A stretch of 64,000 nt of DNA from contig CBDESU010000001.1 in the NCBI GenBank assembly GCA_965242695.1, positions 1,184,001 to 1,248,000 of the forward strand, in the 5' to 3' direction. The notes beneath the pieces are model-generated. The model saw only the letters and a list, made by a program, of their open reading frames with translations, searched no databases and was not told where the DNA came from. Origin of the DNA: Cenarchaeum sp. Lineage in GTDB: Archaea; Thermoproteota; Nitrososphaeria; Nitrososphaerales; Nitrosopumilaceae. This document shows, piece after piece, positions 1 to 10,508 of this stretch (position 1 is its first letter; every line of letters begins with the position of its first letter). Made by a program: the position numbers and the translations under genes.

Positions 1-1
1 C

Positions 2-820
2 GAGGAGGCGATCGAGTCGTTCGGAGAGGCCGCCCGGCGCGACCCGTCGAGCGCCGATGCCCGGGTGGGGCTCGGCAACGCGCTAGGGGGGGGGGCCGGC
101 CTCGGCGACGAGGCGCTTGCGGCGTACGACAAGGCGCTGCGGGTCGACCCCGGCCACACGGCGGCGCACACGGCAAGGGGCCGGGCGCTGCTCGGGATGG
201 GCAGGAACGAAGAGGCGCTTGCGGCGTTCACGAGCGCAGCCCGGCTCGATCCCGGGCTGGCAGAGGCGCACGCCGGGAGGGGCCGCGCGCTGATCGGGAG
301 GGACATGCACAAGAGGGCGCTTGCGGCGTTCAAGAGGGCGGCCCGGCTCGATCCCGGAATGTACGAGGCGCGCGAGGGCATGGGCCGCGCGCTGCTCGGG
401 ATGGGCGTGGACAGGAGGGCGCTTGCGGCGTTCAAGAGGGCGGCCCGGATCGAGCCGAGGCGGCCGGATGCCCACATCGGGTGGGGCTATGCGCTGATCG
501 GGCTGAACTGGAACAAGAGGGCGCTTGCGGTGTTTTCAAGGGCCGTGGCGGCGGCCCCCGGCAACGGGCAGGCCCACTGCGGGCGCGCCGCGGCGCTGTA
601 CTTTCTCGGCCGGCACAAGATGGCTCTCGCATCCATCGACATGGCGGTCAGCCTGGATCCGGGCTCGGCCGCCGCGCACCTTGGGCGCGGCCGGATACTG
701 CATGCCCTGGGGCGGCGCGACGAGGGCGACGCCGAGATCGAGGAGGCAAAGAGGCGCCGAGCAGCATGGGGCGGGGCAGGCGGGAGCGCAGCGGGCAAGG
801 GGGCGGAGGGGCAGGCATAG
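2..820 (+). CDS. TPR-repeat protein, 5' truncated by window edge
   Basis: Open frame from position 2 (EEAIESFGEAARRDPSSADARVGLG) continuing into 34-aa ALAAF.RA.RLDP..A.AH.GRG.AL repeats; paralog of 1089 and 4268. Confidence 0.9.
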   Translation, partial: EEAIESFGEAARRDPSSADARVGLGNALGGGAGLGDEALAAYDKALRVDPGHTAAHTARGRALLGMGRNEEALAAFTSAARLDPGLAEAHAGRGRALIGRDMHKRALAAFKRAARLDPGMYEAREGMGRALLGMGVDRRALAAFKRAARIEPRRPDAHIGWGYALIGLNWNKRALAVFSRAVAAAPGNGQAHCGRAAALYFLGRHKMALASIDMAVSLDPGSAAAHLGRGRILHALGRRDEGDAEIEEAKRRRAAWGGAGGSAAGKGAEGQA

Positions 821-1059
821 CGGCGGCGGCATGGAGGACTTCCGGCGGATCAGGCCCGGCGCCGGCGGCAGGGCACGGGCGGCGCCCGCCGGCGCGTGCA
901 GGAACAACCCGCGGCGCCGAGAGAGGCCCGCTTCGGCGCATTTGATTCCCGGGCACCACGGCCGCGGGACGAGGGCGCCGGCAGGGCGGCACCACTGGTC
1001 TGCGCATCGCGCGCATACTCCCCTCGCGCCTGCCGCCCTCCGCCGGCCCTCCGCACCCC

Positions 1060-1065
1060 ATAAAT
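1060..1065 (+). promoter_or_regulatory. TATA box (GCACCCC-ATAAAT-CC)
   Basis: 29 nt before in-frame ATG 1089; motif recurs before most TPR genes. Confidence 0.75.
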
Positions 1066-1088
1066 CCGCCCCGCCCGGCGGCGGGCGC

Positions 1089-2177
1089 ATGGGCGCGGCA
1101 AGGAAGAGGGGCGCGGCAAGGGCGGGCGGAGCGCGGAAGGGAGGCGGCTCTGGGAAGGGAGGCGGCAATGACGGCGGCCCGCGCGTGATCGTAGCGTTCG
1201 GCACCGACATGGATCACCCGCCGCGGATCGGCGGAAGGAGGCGCGGCCCGGACGGCATTGCCGCATGCGAAGAGGCCGTCCGGCGCGACCCGGACGGCGC
1301 CGGCGCCCGCATGGATCTGGCCATAACCCTGGCCGCCGCCGGGCGCATCGAAGAGGCGGTCGGCGCGCTCGACGATGCCGATCGGCTCGACGGCCCCCGC
1401 CACGAGGCGCACGCCATGCGCGGTACGATTCTCACGAGCGCGTCGCGGCACGCCGAGGCCGTCGCAGCGTTCGAGGCGGCCGTCGCATCGGACCCGGGCT
1501 ACACCATGGGCCGCATCGCACTCGGAATGGAGCTCTTGCGCCTCGGCCGGCACGGGGATGCGATCGAGGCGTTCTGGGAGGCCGCCCGGCGCGACCCGTC
1601 GAGCGTGGACGCGCGGATCGGGCTCGGCAGCGCGCTCTCCGATGCCGGCCGCGGGGACGAGGCGGCCGCGGCGTTCGGCGAGGCCGCCCGGCTCGAACCC
1701 GGCAGCGCCGCGGTCCACATGTCGGCGGGCAGATCAATGCGCGGGGTGGAGAGGCACGAAGAGGCCCTTGCGTCGTACTCGAGGGCCGCGAGGATCGAAC
1801 CGACGCTGGCCGCGGCCCACTCCGGAAGGGGCCGCGCGCTGCTCGAGATGGAAGAGTACAAGAGGGCAGAGGCGGCGTTCAAGAGGGCCCTGGCCCTGGA
1901 TCCGGGCCGCGTCGGCGACCACCGCGGGCGGGCCATGGCGCTCCAGTTCCTCGGCCACTCCAAGAGGGCGCTCGAGGCCGTCGACGGGGCCGTCGCCGCA
2001 GATCCGCGCGACGTGGACGCGCATCTTGTGCGCTACGCGGTGCTCGTCAGCCTGGGGCGGCTCGGGGAGGCCAACGCCGAGATCAGGGAGGCCAAGAGGC
2101 TCGATCCCGACAGCAAGAACGTCGCGGTTGTCATGGAGGCGGTTCGAAGCGAGGCCGGGCGCACGGGCGGCAAGTGA
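1089..2177 (+). CDS. TPR-repeat protein
   Basis: About 8 TPR units; start moved from ORF-track 525 to ATG 1089 using TATA spacing. Confidence 0.9.
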   Translation: MGAARKRGAARAGGARKGGGSGKGGGNDGGPRVIVAFGTDMDHPPRIGGRRRGPDGIAACEEAVRRDPDGAGARMDLAITLAAAGRIEEAVGALDDADRLDGPRHEAHAMRGTILTSASRHAEAVAAFEAAVASDPGYTMGRIALGMELLRLGRHGDAIEAFWEAARRDPSSVDARIGLGSALSDAGRGDEAAAAFGEAARLEPGSAAVHMSAGRSMRGVERHEEALASYSRAARIEPTLAAAHSGRGRALLEMEEYKRAEAAFKRALALDPGRVGDHRGRAMALQFLGHSKRALEAVDGAVAADPRDVDAHLVRYAVLVSLGRLGEANAEIREAKRLDPDSKNVAVVMEAVRSEAGRTGGK

Positions 2178-2305
2178 TCCGGCGCGGCGCGCTGCGGGGA
2201 CGGGATCGGGGACGAAGTCGATGGCCGCCGGCCTGCGCTCACATTCCCCCGCAGGGCCCCGACGGCCCGAGCCAGCCCGGGCCGATCCCTGCCGCCCGCC
2301 CTCCT

Positions 2306-2560
2306 ACGGGGTGGCCGGCGCCGGTGCCGGGGGCGGCGGAACAGGCTCCGGCAGGGGCGGAACACGCTCCGCCTAGTAGTCAATACTCTGCACGAGTGCA
2401 ACTTCAGGCAGGCCGTCGCAGGGCGTCTGGCTGGGCCTGAACGACAGCAGCGCATAGCCGCCCGACTCGAGCCCCTCAAGGACGGCCGTCCCGCCGCTGC
2501 CATCGTCGTAGTCGGCAAGCGCCTCATGCAAATCCCCGCCTCCCGGAAAAGCCGCCCCGG
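2306..2560 (-). pseudogene. Remnant of a surface-protein C-terminal domain
   Basis: GTAVLEGLESGGYALLSFRPSQTPCDGLPEVALVQSIDY resembles GTAVARGLGGGDDATLWFRLNLEPYDAAPGGAISQSVTY at the C-terminus of 14552..19399; no start, TAG at 2373-2375 followed by Pro-rich tail. Confidence 0.5.
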
Positions 2561-2609
2561 CGGGGCCAGTGCCGATCTCGGAGCGGGCCCTGCTACGGCA
2601 GCGCACCCC

Positions 2610-2615
2610 ATAAAT
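2610..2615 (+). promoter_or_regulatory. TATA box ATAAAT
   Basis: 28 nt before ATG 2638. Confidence 0.75.
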
Positions 2616-2637
2616 CCACCCCGCCCCGCCGCGCGGC

Positions 2638-4188
2638 ATGGGCCAGGAGGCCGAGGGCGGAAAGTGCAATAGTCAAAAGGCGGCCGCGGCCGCGGATCCT
2701 CCCGCCGCCGGCAGCGGGCGGCACAGGGACGGCCTTGCCGAGCACGACGAGGCCGTGCGCCGGAACCCGAAGGATGCCGGCGCGCATGCGGGGCGCGGCA
2801 AGGCCCTGATCGGCCTAGAGCGGCCCGAGGACGCGCTGGATGCGTACGGCGAGGCCGCCCGGCTCGAGCCGGGTGCCGCGGCGTGGCATGCGGGGCGCGG
2901 CAAGGCCCTGAGCCTCCTTGATCGCGAGGAAGAGTCCCTTGCCGCGTACGGCGAGGCCGTGCGGCTGGATCCAAGGGACGCCGGCGCGCACACAGGGCGC
3001 GGCGAGGCGCTGCTCTGCCTCGGCCGCCTCGAGGATGCGCTGGCCGCATGCGACGAGGCCGTGCGGCTCGAGCCCGACGGCGCGCCGGCCCTAGTCATGC
3101 GCGGCTGCGTCCTGCTCGAGATGTCGCGGCCCGGCAGGGCCGCGCGCGACTTCAAGGCGGCCTCGGCGGCCGATCCCGGCGATGTCGAGGCGCACCTGAT
3201 GCTCGGGGCCGCATACGAGGGCCTCGGCAGGTACGGGAGGATGATCGCATCGGTGAAGAGGGCCATACGGATCGAGCCCTCAAACGCCGCCGCGCATGTA
3301 ATGCACGGCAGGGCCCTGCTCCTGGCCGGCCGCGCCCGCAGATCCCTTGCCGCGTGCGACGAAGCCGTCCGGCTTGACGGCGCCATGTCCGCCGCCCACG
3401 AGTGGAGGGGCTGGGCGCTGGCCGCGATGGGCAGGGACAAGGGGGCGGTGGCCGCGTTCAAGGAGGCCGTGAGGCTCGAGCCCGGCAGCGCAGACGCCCA
3501 TCTTGGAATGGGGCTTTCGCTGCACGCGGCCGGCAGGCCAGGCAGGGCCCTGGCCGCGTACAGGGAGGCCGTGCGGCTAGAGCCCGACGGCGCGCATGCG
3601 CACAGGGCAATGGGCAAGGCGCTGCTCGAGACGGGCAGGCACAAGGGGGCGCTGGCGGCATACGGCAGGGCCGTGCGGCTCGAGCCGGGCTCGTGGGAGG
3701 GCCACTGCGGGAGGGGCGAGGCCCTCAGGGAGCTCGGCCGCCACAGGGAGGCGCTGGCCGCGCACAGCAAGGCCGCATCGCTCGAGCCCGACAGGGCAGA
3801 GGTCCACGTTCTGCGCGGCCTGACCCTCTCCGCCATGAAGCGCCACAAGAAGGCGCTGGCCTCGTACGACAGGGCTGCGCGGCTCGAGCCGGGCCTGGCG
3901 CTGACCCACCTCCGGCGCGGCTCGGAGCTGGGCAGCCTTGGCAGGCACGAGGAGGCGCTGGCCGCCCTTGACGAGGCCGAGCGGCTCGGCCTCGAGGCCG
4001 GGCGGCTCGGCCTTGAAGAGGCTGGCCTGTGCCTCGCCCGCGCCCGCGCGCTCTTCGGGCTCGGCCGCCCGAAAGAGGCCCGCGCGGCAATTGACAAGGC
4101 CGATCGCCTCGGGCCGGGCGGCAAGGGAATTGCAGGGCTGCGCGCGCTGATGGGCGGCCCTGCTGGGGCGGAGGGCGGCGGGGCGTAG
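2638..4188 (+). CDS. TPR-repeat protein (SRPGRAARDF subfamily)
   Basis: About 13 consecutive 34-aa TPR units. Confidence 0.92.
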   Translation: MGQEAEGGKCNSQKAAAAADPPAAGSGRHRDGLAEHDEAVRRNPKDAGAHAGRGKALIGLERPEDALDAYGEAARLEPGAAAWHAGRGKALSLLDREEESLAAYGEAVRLDPRDAGAHTGRGEALLCLGRLEDALAACDEAVRLEPDGAPALVMRGCVLLEMSRPGRAARDFKAASAADPGDVEAHLMLGAAYEGLGRYGRMIASVKRAIRIEPSNAAAHVMHGRALLLAGRARRSLAACDEAVRLDGAMSAAHEWRGWALAAMGRDKGAVAAFKEAVRLEPGSADAHLGMGLSLHAAGRPGRALAAYREAVRLEPDGAHAHRAMGKALLETGRHKGALAAYGRAVRLEPGSWEGHCGRGEALRELGRHREALAAHSKAASLEPDRAEVHVLRGLTLSAMKRHKKALASYDRAARLEPGLALTHLRRGSELGSLGRHEEALAALDEAERLGLEAGRLGLEEAGLCLARARALFGLGRPKEARAAIDKADRLGPGGKGIAGLRALMGGPAGAEGGGA

Positions 4189-4239
4189 AAAAAGAGGGCC
4201 GAGAGGGCGCGCCGCGCCCGTCCGGCTACCTCGCACCGC

Positions 4240-4245
4240 ATAAAT
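4240..4245 (+). promoter_or_regulatory. TATA box ATAAAT
   Basis: 28 nt before ATG 4268. Confidence 0.75.
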
Positions 4246-4267
4246 CATCCCGCCCCAGCCGGCCCGC

Positions 4268-5461
4268 ATGGGCGGCCCCGAGGGGAAAGGGGATGACGGA
4301 TTCAGCATAGACATCGAGATCGGCGGCGCAGACGGCCCTGCGGGGGCGACAGGGGAGCCGATCGTGCACGATCTTGCCGCCTGCGAGGACGCCGTCCGGC
4401 GCGACCCCGGCAGCTTTGGGGCCCGCATGGAACTGGCAGCCGCCCTGGCAGGCGCAGGGCGCACCGACGGCGCGCTCGCCGAGCTCGACATGGCGGCCAG
4501 GCTCGACGGCCCCCGCCACGATGCGATCGCCATGCGCGGCGCCGTGCTTATGGGCGCCTCGCGCCTCGACGAGGCCGTGCGCGCGTTCGAGTCGGCCATC
4601 AAGTCCGACCCGGACCACGTGGTGTTCCACATGGGGCGCGGGGTCGCATGCGCCGAGCTCGGCAGGCACGGGGATGCCGCCGAGTCGTTCGGCGAGGCGG
4701 CGCGGCTCAGCCCGTCGAGCGCGGACGCGCGGGTCGGGCTCGGCAACGCCCTGGGCAATGCCGGCCGCCCCGCCGAGGCCATTGCGGCGTACGACGAGGC
4801 GCTGCGGATCAACTCCGGCCACCCGGTGGCGCATTCAATGAAGGGGCGCGCGCTGCTCGGGATGGGCAGGAACGAAGAGGCGCTTGCGGCGTTCGCGAGG
4901 GCGGTGCGGATCGAGCCGAGGCTGACCGAGGCCCACGTCGGGAGGGGGCATGCGCTGCTCGGGATGGGCAGGAAGAAAAAGGCGCTCGGCGCGTTCGCGA
5001 GGGCCGCGCGGCTCAGCCCGAGGTATGCCGAGGCCCACGTCGGGAGGGGGCTGGCGCTGCTCGGGATGGGCAGGAAGAAAAAGGCGCTCGGCGCGTTCGC
5101 GAGGGCCGCTCGGATCGAGCCAGGGATGGCCAAGGCCCACCTCTGGAGGGGGCATGTCCTGCTCGGGATGGAGAGGTACAAGAAGGCGCTCGGCGCGTTC
5201 GCGAGGGCCGCATCCCTGCATCCGGGCAGCGAGGCGGCCCACTGCGGGCGCGCCGCGGCCCTCCATTTGCTGGGCAGGGATGAAAAGGCGCTCGCCGCCG
5301 CCGACAGGGCCGCAACCGTCGATCCGCGCTCGGCGGGCGCCCACAAGATGCGCGGCATCATACTGCAGGCCATGGGGCGGCACGGCGAGGGGGATGCCGC
5401 GCTCAAAGAGGCCGCAAGGTGCAAGTCCGGCGGCTCGGAGGGGCGGGCGCAGGCCCGCTGA
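4268..5461 (+). CDS. TPR-repeat protein
   Basis: About 10 TPR units, including near-identical GRKKKALGAFARAARL units. Confidence 0.92.
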   Translation: MGGPEGKGDDGFSIDIEIGGADGPAGATGEPIVHDLAACEDAVRRDPGSFGARMELAAALAGAGRTDGALAELDMAARLDGPRHDAIAMRGAVLMGASRLDEAVRAFESAIKSDPDHVVFHMGRGVACAELGRHGDAAESFGEAARLSPSSADARVGLGNALGNAGRPAEAIAAYDEALRINSGHPVAHSMKGRALLGMGRNEEALAAFARAVRIEPRLTEAHVGRGHALLGMGRKKKALGAFARAARLSPRYAEAHVGRGLALLGMGRKKKALGAFARAARIEPGMAKAHLWRGHVLLGMERYKKALGAFARAASLHPGSEAAHCGRAAALHLLGRDEKALAAADRAATVDPRSAGAHKMRGIILQAMGRHGEGDAALKEAARCKSGGSEGRAQAR

Positions 5462-5693
5462 ACTGCAGCCGGCGCGGCGCCGTGCCCGCCTTTTGCGCTG
5501 CGAAAAAGGCAGCGGCGCCCCTGCCATGCCCGCGATCCTCCCGCGCCCGCCACCACTTGCGCGCGGCGGCACAGCCTGCCCCGTCCCATAACCGTCAGGA
5601 GGGCATGCCGCCGGCATCGGGCATTGAAAAGGCCCCTCCCCCTCCCCGTCCGGATCCGCCGTGCAAAGTTGCGATTCCGCACCCAAAGTCGCA

Positions 5694-5713
5694 CCCCCCC
5701 CCCCCCCCCCCCC
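5694..5713. repeat. C20 homopolymer tract
   Basis: Direct count, intergenic. Confidence 0.85.
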
Positions 5714-6253
5714 GCCTCCGTCCAAAGGCGGCTAGGCACCTCGCGCTGCGGCCCGCAGGGCCTTCGTCGGCGCCGTGCCGGCCGTTCCCGTGTGGAACCC
5801 CGAGACTGTGGCTAGTGGGCATGGAATCGCCGTTTTTGTGCACGGCGCAGGCTACGCGCGGCAGGGCCGCGGCACCGAGCCACGCCACGGAGATACGCCT
5901 CGCAACAGGACAAAAATCAATATACGCCGGAGGCCAAGGGGCGTCCCCATGCAAGCAGTGACCAGCGCACCTCCCAGCGACGTGACAACCAGTCCGCCGC
6001 AACGCGTAGGCACGGCGCACCTGGTCGCCCGATCCTGCGGACGGCATCAACGTCTGGACTCCAGTCGCCGGCACATCCCGCCCTCGATGCAGATCCGGCC
6101 TTCGCAAGGGATCTTGCCGGCTGCAAATGCCAGCACCCTAGCGGGCCGTGCAGCTCTACGTCCGGCCCAGCGCCGCCGCACCAAGGCGACGCCGCGGTAC
6201 GCGATCACTGCACCGTGTCCGGGCCAGGGGATCGAGCGGGGGAGGACCGGCGC

Positions 6254-7012
6254 ATGAACCGCCAGCCGATCGACTTGGGGTTCATACTCCGGCAGTTTCC
6301 AAGGTTCGAGTTTTCAATGGCCAGCTTTGAGGACAGGCTCAGGGTGCAGAAGTTTGTCTACCTGCTGGAGTCGTTTGACGTCTACCTGGGGTACGAATAT
6401 TCGTGGTACCTGCGCGGGCCCTACTGCTCGACGCTGGCCGCGTCGGGGTTCGCGCTGGACGGATTCTACGCGCGAATACCGGAGAACCCCAACATGCACT
6501 TTTCAAAGCCCTCGGTGCACGAGCGTTTTGAGGGATTTAAGAGGTTCATAAGCGGCCGCGAGGCCGACATCGATTTCCTAGAAATGGCCGCGTCACTTCA
6601 CTTTCTGGAAAAAAGCGGCGGCCTCCCGCGCGCCCAGATCTTTGAGAGAGTCCTCAACAAGCGGCGGCCCAGATTTACCGAATCAGAGTGCCGCGAAGTG
6701 CAGGGATGCCTCGAGCAGTGGAAGCTTATAGGGGGTTCGGGCAACGAAGTGTCCAAGCCCGAATCGTGGTGTGCGTACGGAGACAAGCCGGGCGAGGAGT
6801 GGTTTGCCGAGGCGCCCGCTGTTCCAGAATCTATGGATCTCAGGCCCTTCGACAAGGGTCTCTACCACATGCTGCTAGACTCGAAGGAGGGGAACGAAAA
6901 GATCGTCCTGGTCGGAAGGGGCGTATTCAGGCCGGATCAGAGGCGCCCGCTCGTCGACGAGATTACTGTGGAGGACAAGCGCCTGCTAGTAGATCTAATC
7001 GAGCGAGGATGA
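6254..7012 (+). CDS. YwgA/SocA(Panacea, DUF4065)-like antitoxin-type protein with C-terminal extension
   Basis: RLRVQKFVYLL...GYEYSWYLRGPYCSTL...LEMAASLHFL matches the QKxxY / GPY / LE..AS pattern; ATG 6254 in an ATGA overlap; lower GC. Confidence 0.7.
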   Translation: MNRQPIDLGFILRQFPRFEFSMASFEDRLRVQKFVYLLESFDVYLGYEYSWYLRGPYCSTLAASGFALDGFYARIPENPNMHFSKPSVHERFEGFKRFISGREADIDFLEMAASLHFLEKSGGLPRAQIFERVLNKRRPRFTESECREVQGCLEQWKLIGGSGNEVSKPESWCAYGDKPGEEWFAEAPAVPESMDLRPFDKGLYHMLLDSKEGNEKIVLVGRGVFRPDQRRPLVDEITVEDKRLLVDLIERG

Positions 7013-7264
7013 CGGCGGCACGAACCACACACTGCCCGCCCATGGCGGCGCCGCGACGGCAACGGGTGCGCTTCGGTGCGGGGCCAGGCTGGCAGGCGGC
7101 GGGCCCGCGGGCCGCGGACGATCCCGCGCGGCGCGCCGCAGGGACGGGCGCGCCGGCCCTGCCCCGTCCCGCCCCCGCCCGCCGCCCGCGCCATGCAGCC
7201 CCGGCCCACCACTCCCGCACGGCAGCGTCGCGGGAGTATGATGCAGGCGAGTCCAAGAATGGGC

Positions 7265-7270
7265 TTAAGA
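7265..7270 (+). promoter_or_regulatory. TATA-like TTAAGA
   Basis: 29 nt before in-frame ATG 7294. Confidence 0.55.
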
Positions 7271-7293
7271 GGAGGGCGCATCCGGCAGGCGGC

Positions 7294-9374
7294 ATGGGGA
7301 AAAGCGGCCGGAAGGCCAGCATGCGGGCCGGCTCGGCGGCAAGGCGCGCGAAAGTGCCGCGCCCGGCGCCCCCGGAAACTCGATCGCGCCGGGCGCAGAG
7401 GGCAATGGCAGAGGGGGCGATGGCAGGGTATAGCCTCGCCATGGGCCCGAACGACCTAAGCCACCTGGGCGTCAACCTGCACAGCGGCATACCGGCCGTC
7501 CTGTCCGAGGCGGTCGCCAACGCCTGGGATGCGGACGCCGAGCGCGTCACCATAACCACGCAGCGGCGGCCCAGGCGCATCACAATAGAGGACGACGGAG
7601 AGGGCATGAGCGTGGACGACGCAAACAGCAAGTACCTGCACGTCGGGTACGAGCGCAGGGCCGCGGGAGGCACTACGGAAAAGGGCAGGCTTCCAATGGG
7701 GCGCAAGGGAATAGGCAAGCTCTCCCTCTTCTCGATAGCAGACACGGTGACCGTGCACACCGTCAGGGGAAGCGACCGGCACGGGTTCAGGATGGACGTG
7801 GAGGATATCAAAAAGGCCGTAAAGGGCGGAGAGGGCAAGTACTGCCCCACTCCCGTCGGCCCCGCCCCCGACCTTAAGAGCGGGACGAGGCTGACGCTCA
7901 CCGGCATCAGGCCCCAGATACGCAAGACGGGCGCGCTCAGGCGCAGGCTAGCCCGCAGGTTCAGCATCATAGGGAGCGAGCACGAGTTTGCCGTGTCCGT
8001 CGACGGGGAGGCCATAACGGCCCGGGACCGCGGATACCACGACAGGCTCGAGCATATATGGGCGTACGGCAGGTACGGCAGGAGCGTTGCCGACAATGCA
8101 TCTCTCAAGCCCGGCAGCCTGAACCCCCGCCTCAAGATAGGCGGGCGGCCGGCGGTCGTGGACGGCTGGATAGGGACGGCAAGGTCGCCCGGGCAGCTGA
8201 GGGATCCCGAGACAAGGGAGAGCATAAACAAGATATCCGTCATGGTCAGGGGAAAGATGGCCCAGGAGGACGTGCTCGGCGAGCTGGGGGAGGGAGGGGC
8301 GTACGGCAAGTACGTCGTCGGGGAGATATGCGCAGAATTCCTGGACGACGACGGGAGGGAGGAAAGCGCCACGACGAGCAGGCAGAGGATCGTAGAGGAC
8401 GACCCGCGGTACATGGCGCTGGTGAAAAAGGTCGCGGCCGACCTGAGGGAGGTCGAGCGCAGCTGGGCGGGCCTCAGGAACGAGGCCGGCGAAAAAAAGG
8501 CGCTGGAGATACCGCAGATAAGGGAATGGTTCGACCGGCTTGACGACGACCGCAAAAAGGCCGCCAAGAGCCTGTTCGGCCGCATCAACGGCCTGGCCGT
8601 CGACGACGAGGACGACCTGAGGCAGCTGTTCATAGGCGGCATACTCGCGTTCGAGAGCCTCCGGTTCCGCGACCTCTTGGACAAGATGGACAGGGTAAAC
8701 CTGAACAGCCTGGCCATGCTCAAGGACGTGTTCGTGCAGCTCGGCGACATAGAGGCGGCCGCATTCTACCAGATCACGCGCCACCGCCTTGACGTCATCA
8801 ACAGGCTGGAGGCGGCAGTCGGCAAGAACAGGCGCGAGAGGGCAATCCAAGAGATCATCTTTGACACCTCTGGCTGATAGATCCCGCATGGGAGAGGGTG
8901 CCCGGCACGGAGAGGATGGAAAGGCGCATCGCGTCCGAGTTCAAGAAGTCTAGCAGCCGGCTTACGGACGGCGAGAAGAGGTCGAGGCAGGACATCCGGT
9001 ACGTGTCCGCCAGCGGCATGAATATAGTCGTGGAGCTCAAGAGGCCCGGCAGGAGCGTGACCATTGGTGAGTTGATAGTTCAAATTGGGAAATACCACGC
9101 GGCGCTGTCCAAAATCCTCGAGGCGCAGGGCAGGTCGGACGAGCCCATATCGATCGTCTGCATCGTTGGGCGCCGGCCTAGCGGCATCAACAGGATGCGC
9201 CAAGGCATGCTTGACGCCGCATCCGCAAAGATAATCACGTACGACGAGCTGGTCGAGGGGGCCTATCGCGCCTACAGCGAGTACACAAAAAAGAGGGGAG
9301 AGGTGTCCGCGCTGACCGAGCTGGTCAGGAGCATCGACAGGGGCGACCGCGCGGCGCTGAGGCCGGCGGGCTAG
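7294..9374 (+). pseudogene. GHKL/MORC ATPase fused to PD-(D/E)xK nuclease (HgiDII/BbrUII-like), frameshifted near 8866
   Basis: EAVANAWDADA, IEDDGEGM, GRKGIGK, GTRLTL GHKL motifs; adding one C at 8866 gives IFDHLWLIDPAWER and joins the downstream frame with DIRY...IVVELKRP. Confidence 0.8.
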
Positions 9375-9501
9375 AGTGGCGCGGCCGCGCCGGAGCCGCC
9401 GCGGGCAATCCCCCGCCGCCGCGCCTTCAGCCGCCGCCGCCGCGATCTACGCCTGCACGGACATCGTCGGACTGCACGGTTCACTCCCGGTGGAGTGGCC
9501 A

Positions 9502-10159
9502 ATATGGGCGCATGCGGCACCGTGCTCGTGCGCGCGTCCCGGCATGCCAAGGCCGCGCGCGCATTCGAGGCCGCCGCCGAGCCGGGCCCGGGCAGCGCAG
9601 CGGCCCATGCCGGGCGCGCGGTGGCATGCACCGTGCTCGGCCGGCACGCCGAGGCGGCCGAGTCGTTCGGCAGGGCGGCCCGGCTCGACCCGTCCAACCC
9701 AGACCCGCACATGGGGCGAGGTAACGCCATGATGGAGTCGGCCGAGCCGCCGATGTCCTCGAGTCGTACAGCGAGGCGGCCAGGATCGCTCCCGGCAGCG
9801 CCATTGCCCGCATCGGCAGGGGCCGCGCGCTGCTCGGGCTAGATAGGCACGGAAGGGCACTTGCCGCGTTCACAAAGGCCGCATCCCTGGCGCCCGGCAT
9901 CGCGGCAGCCCACTGGGAGCGCAGCGAGGCCCTCCGGCACCTCGGCCTGCACAAGAGGGCGCTGGCCGCAGTCGACAGGGCGGCGGCCATCGACCCGCTC
10001 ATCGTAGGCACCCACCTCACGCGCGGCGCCATACTCTACGCCCTTGGACGGAACGGCGAGGCCCGCGCCGCGCACAAAGAGGCCCTGCGCCTCGCGCCAG
10101 GCGGCGGAACCGTCGCGGCAGAGGTCGACTCGATGCGGCGCGAGGCCGGGCTCCCGTAG
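9502..10159 (+). pseudogene. Degenerate TPR gene
   Basis: TPR fragments (GRHAEAAESFGRAARLDP; HKRALAAVDRAAAIDP) in different frames with stops. Confidence 0.75.
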
Positions 10160-10508
10160 CGCCTCCCGCCGCGGGCAGGCCCGCATGCCCCGCATCGCAG
10201 GCGCCTGCCGATGCGTCGGCGCCGTGCTGCCGCCGGGCCGGCCCGGCATCGCGGCAGCCCCCTCCGCCGGGCCGGCTCGCTCCCCCCGCCCCGCCCTCCC
10301 GGCGAGGCCGCCGCCGCGGCCGGCAGTGCACCCATGCAGGCACCCAATATATTTGCTATTTATTGCTGTTTTTTTGTCATACTGCCGCCCAAAATTGCCA
10401 CGTGTTGATGCCAACAGGAACCTTTGACCAAAAAATCGACATGCGGCGCGCCATGGACGGCGGAGGCCATGGCAAAGACAAATAGGGGATTTTTTAGGGG
10501 GCAGGCCC

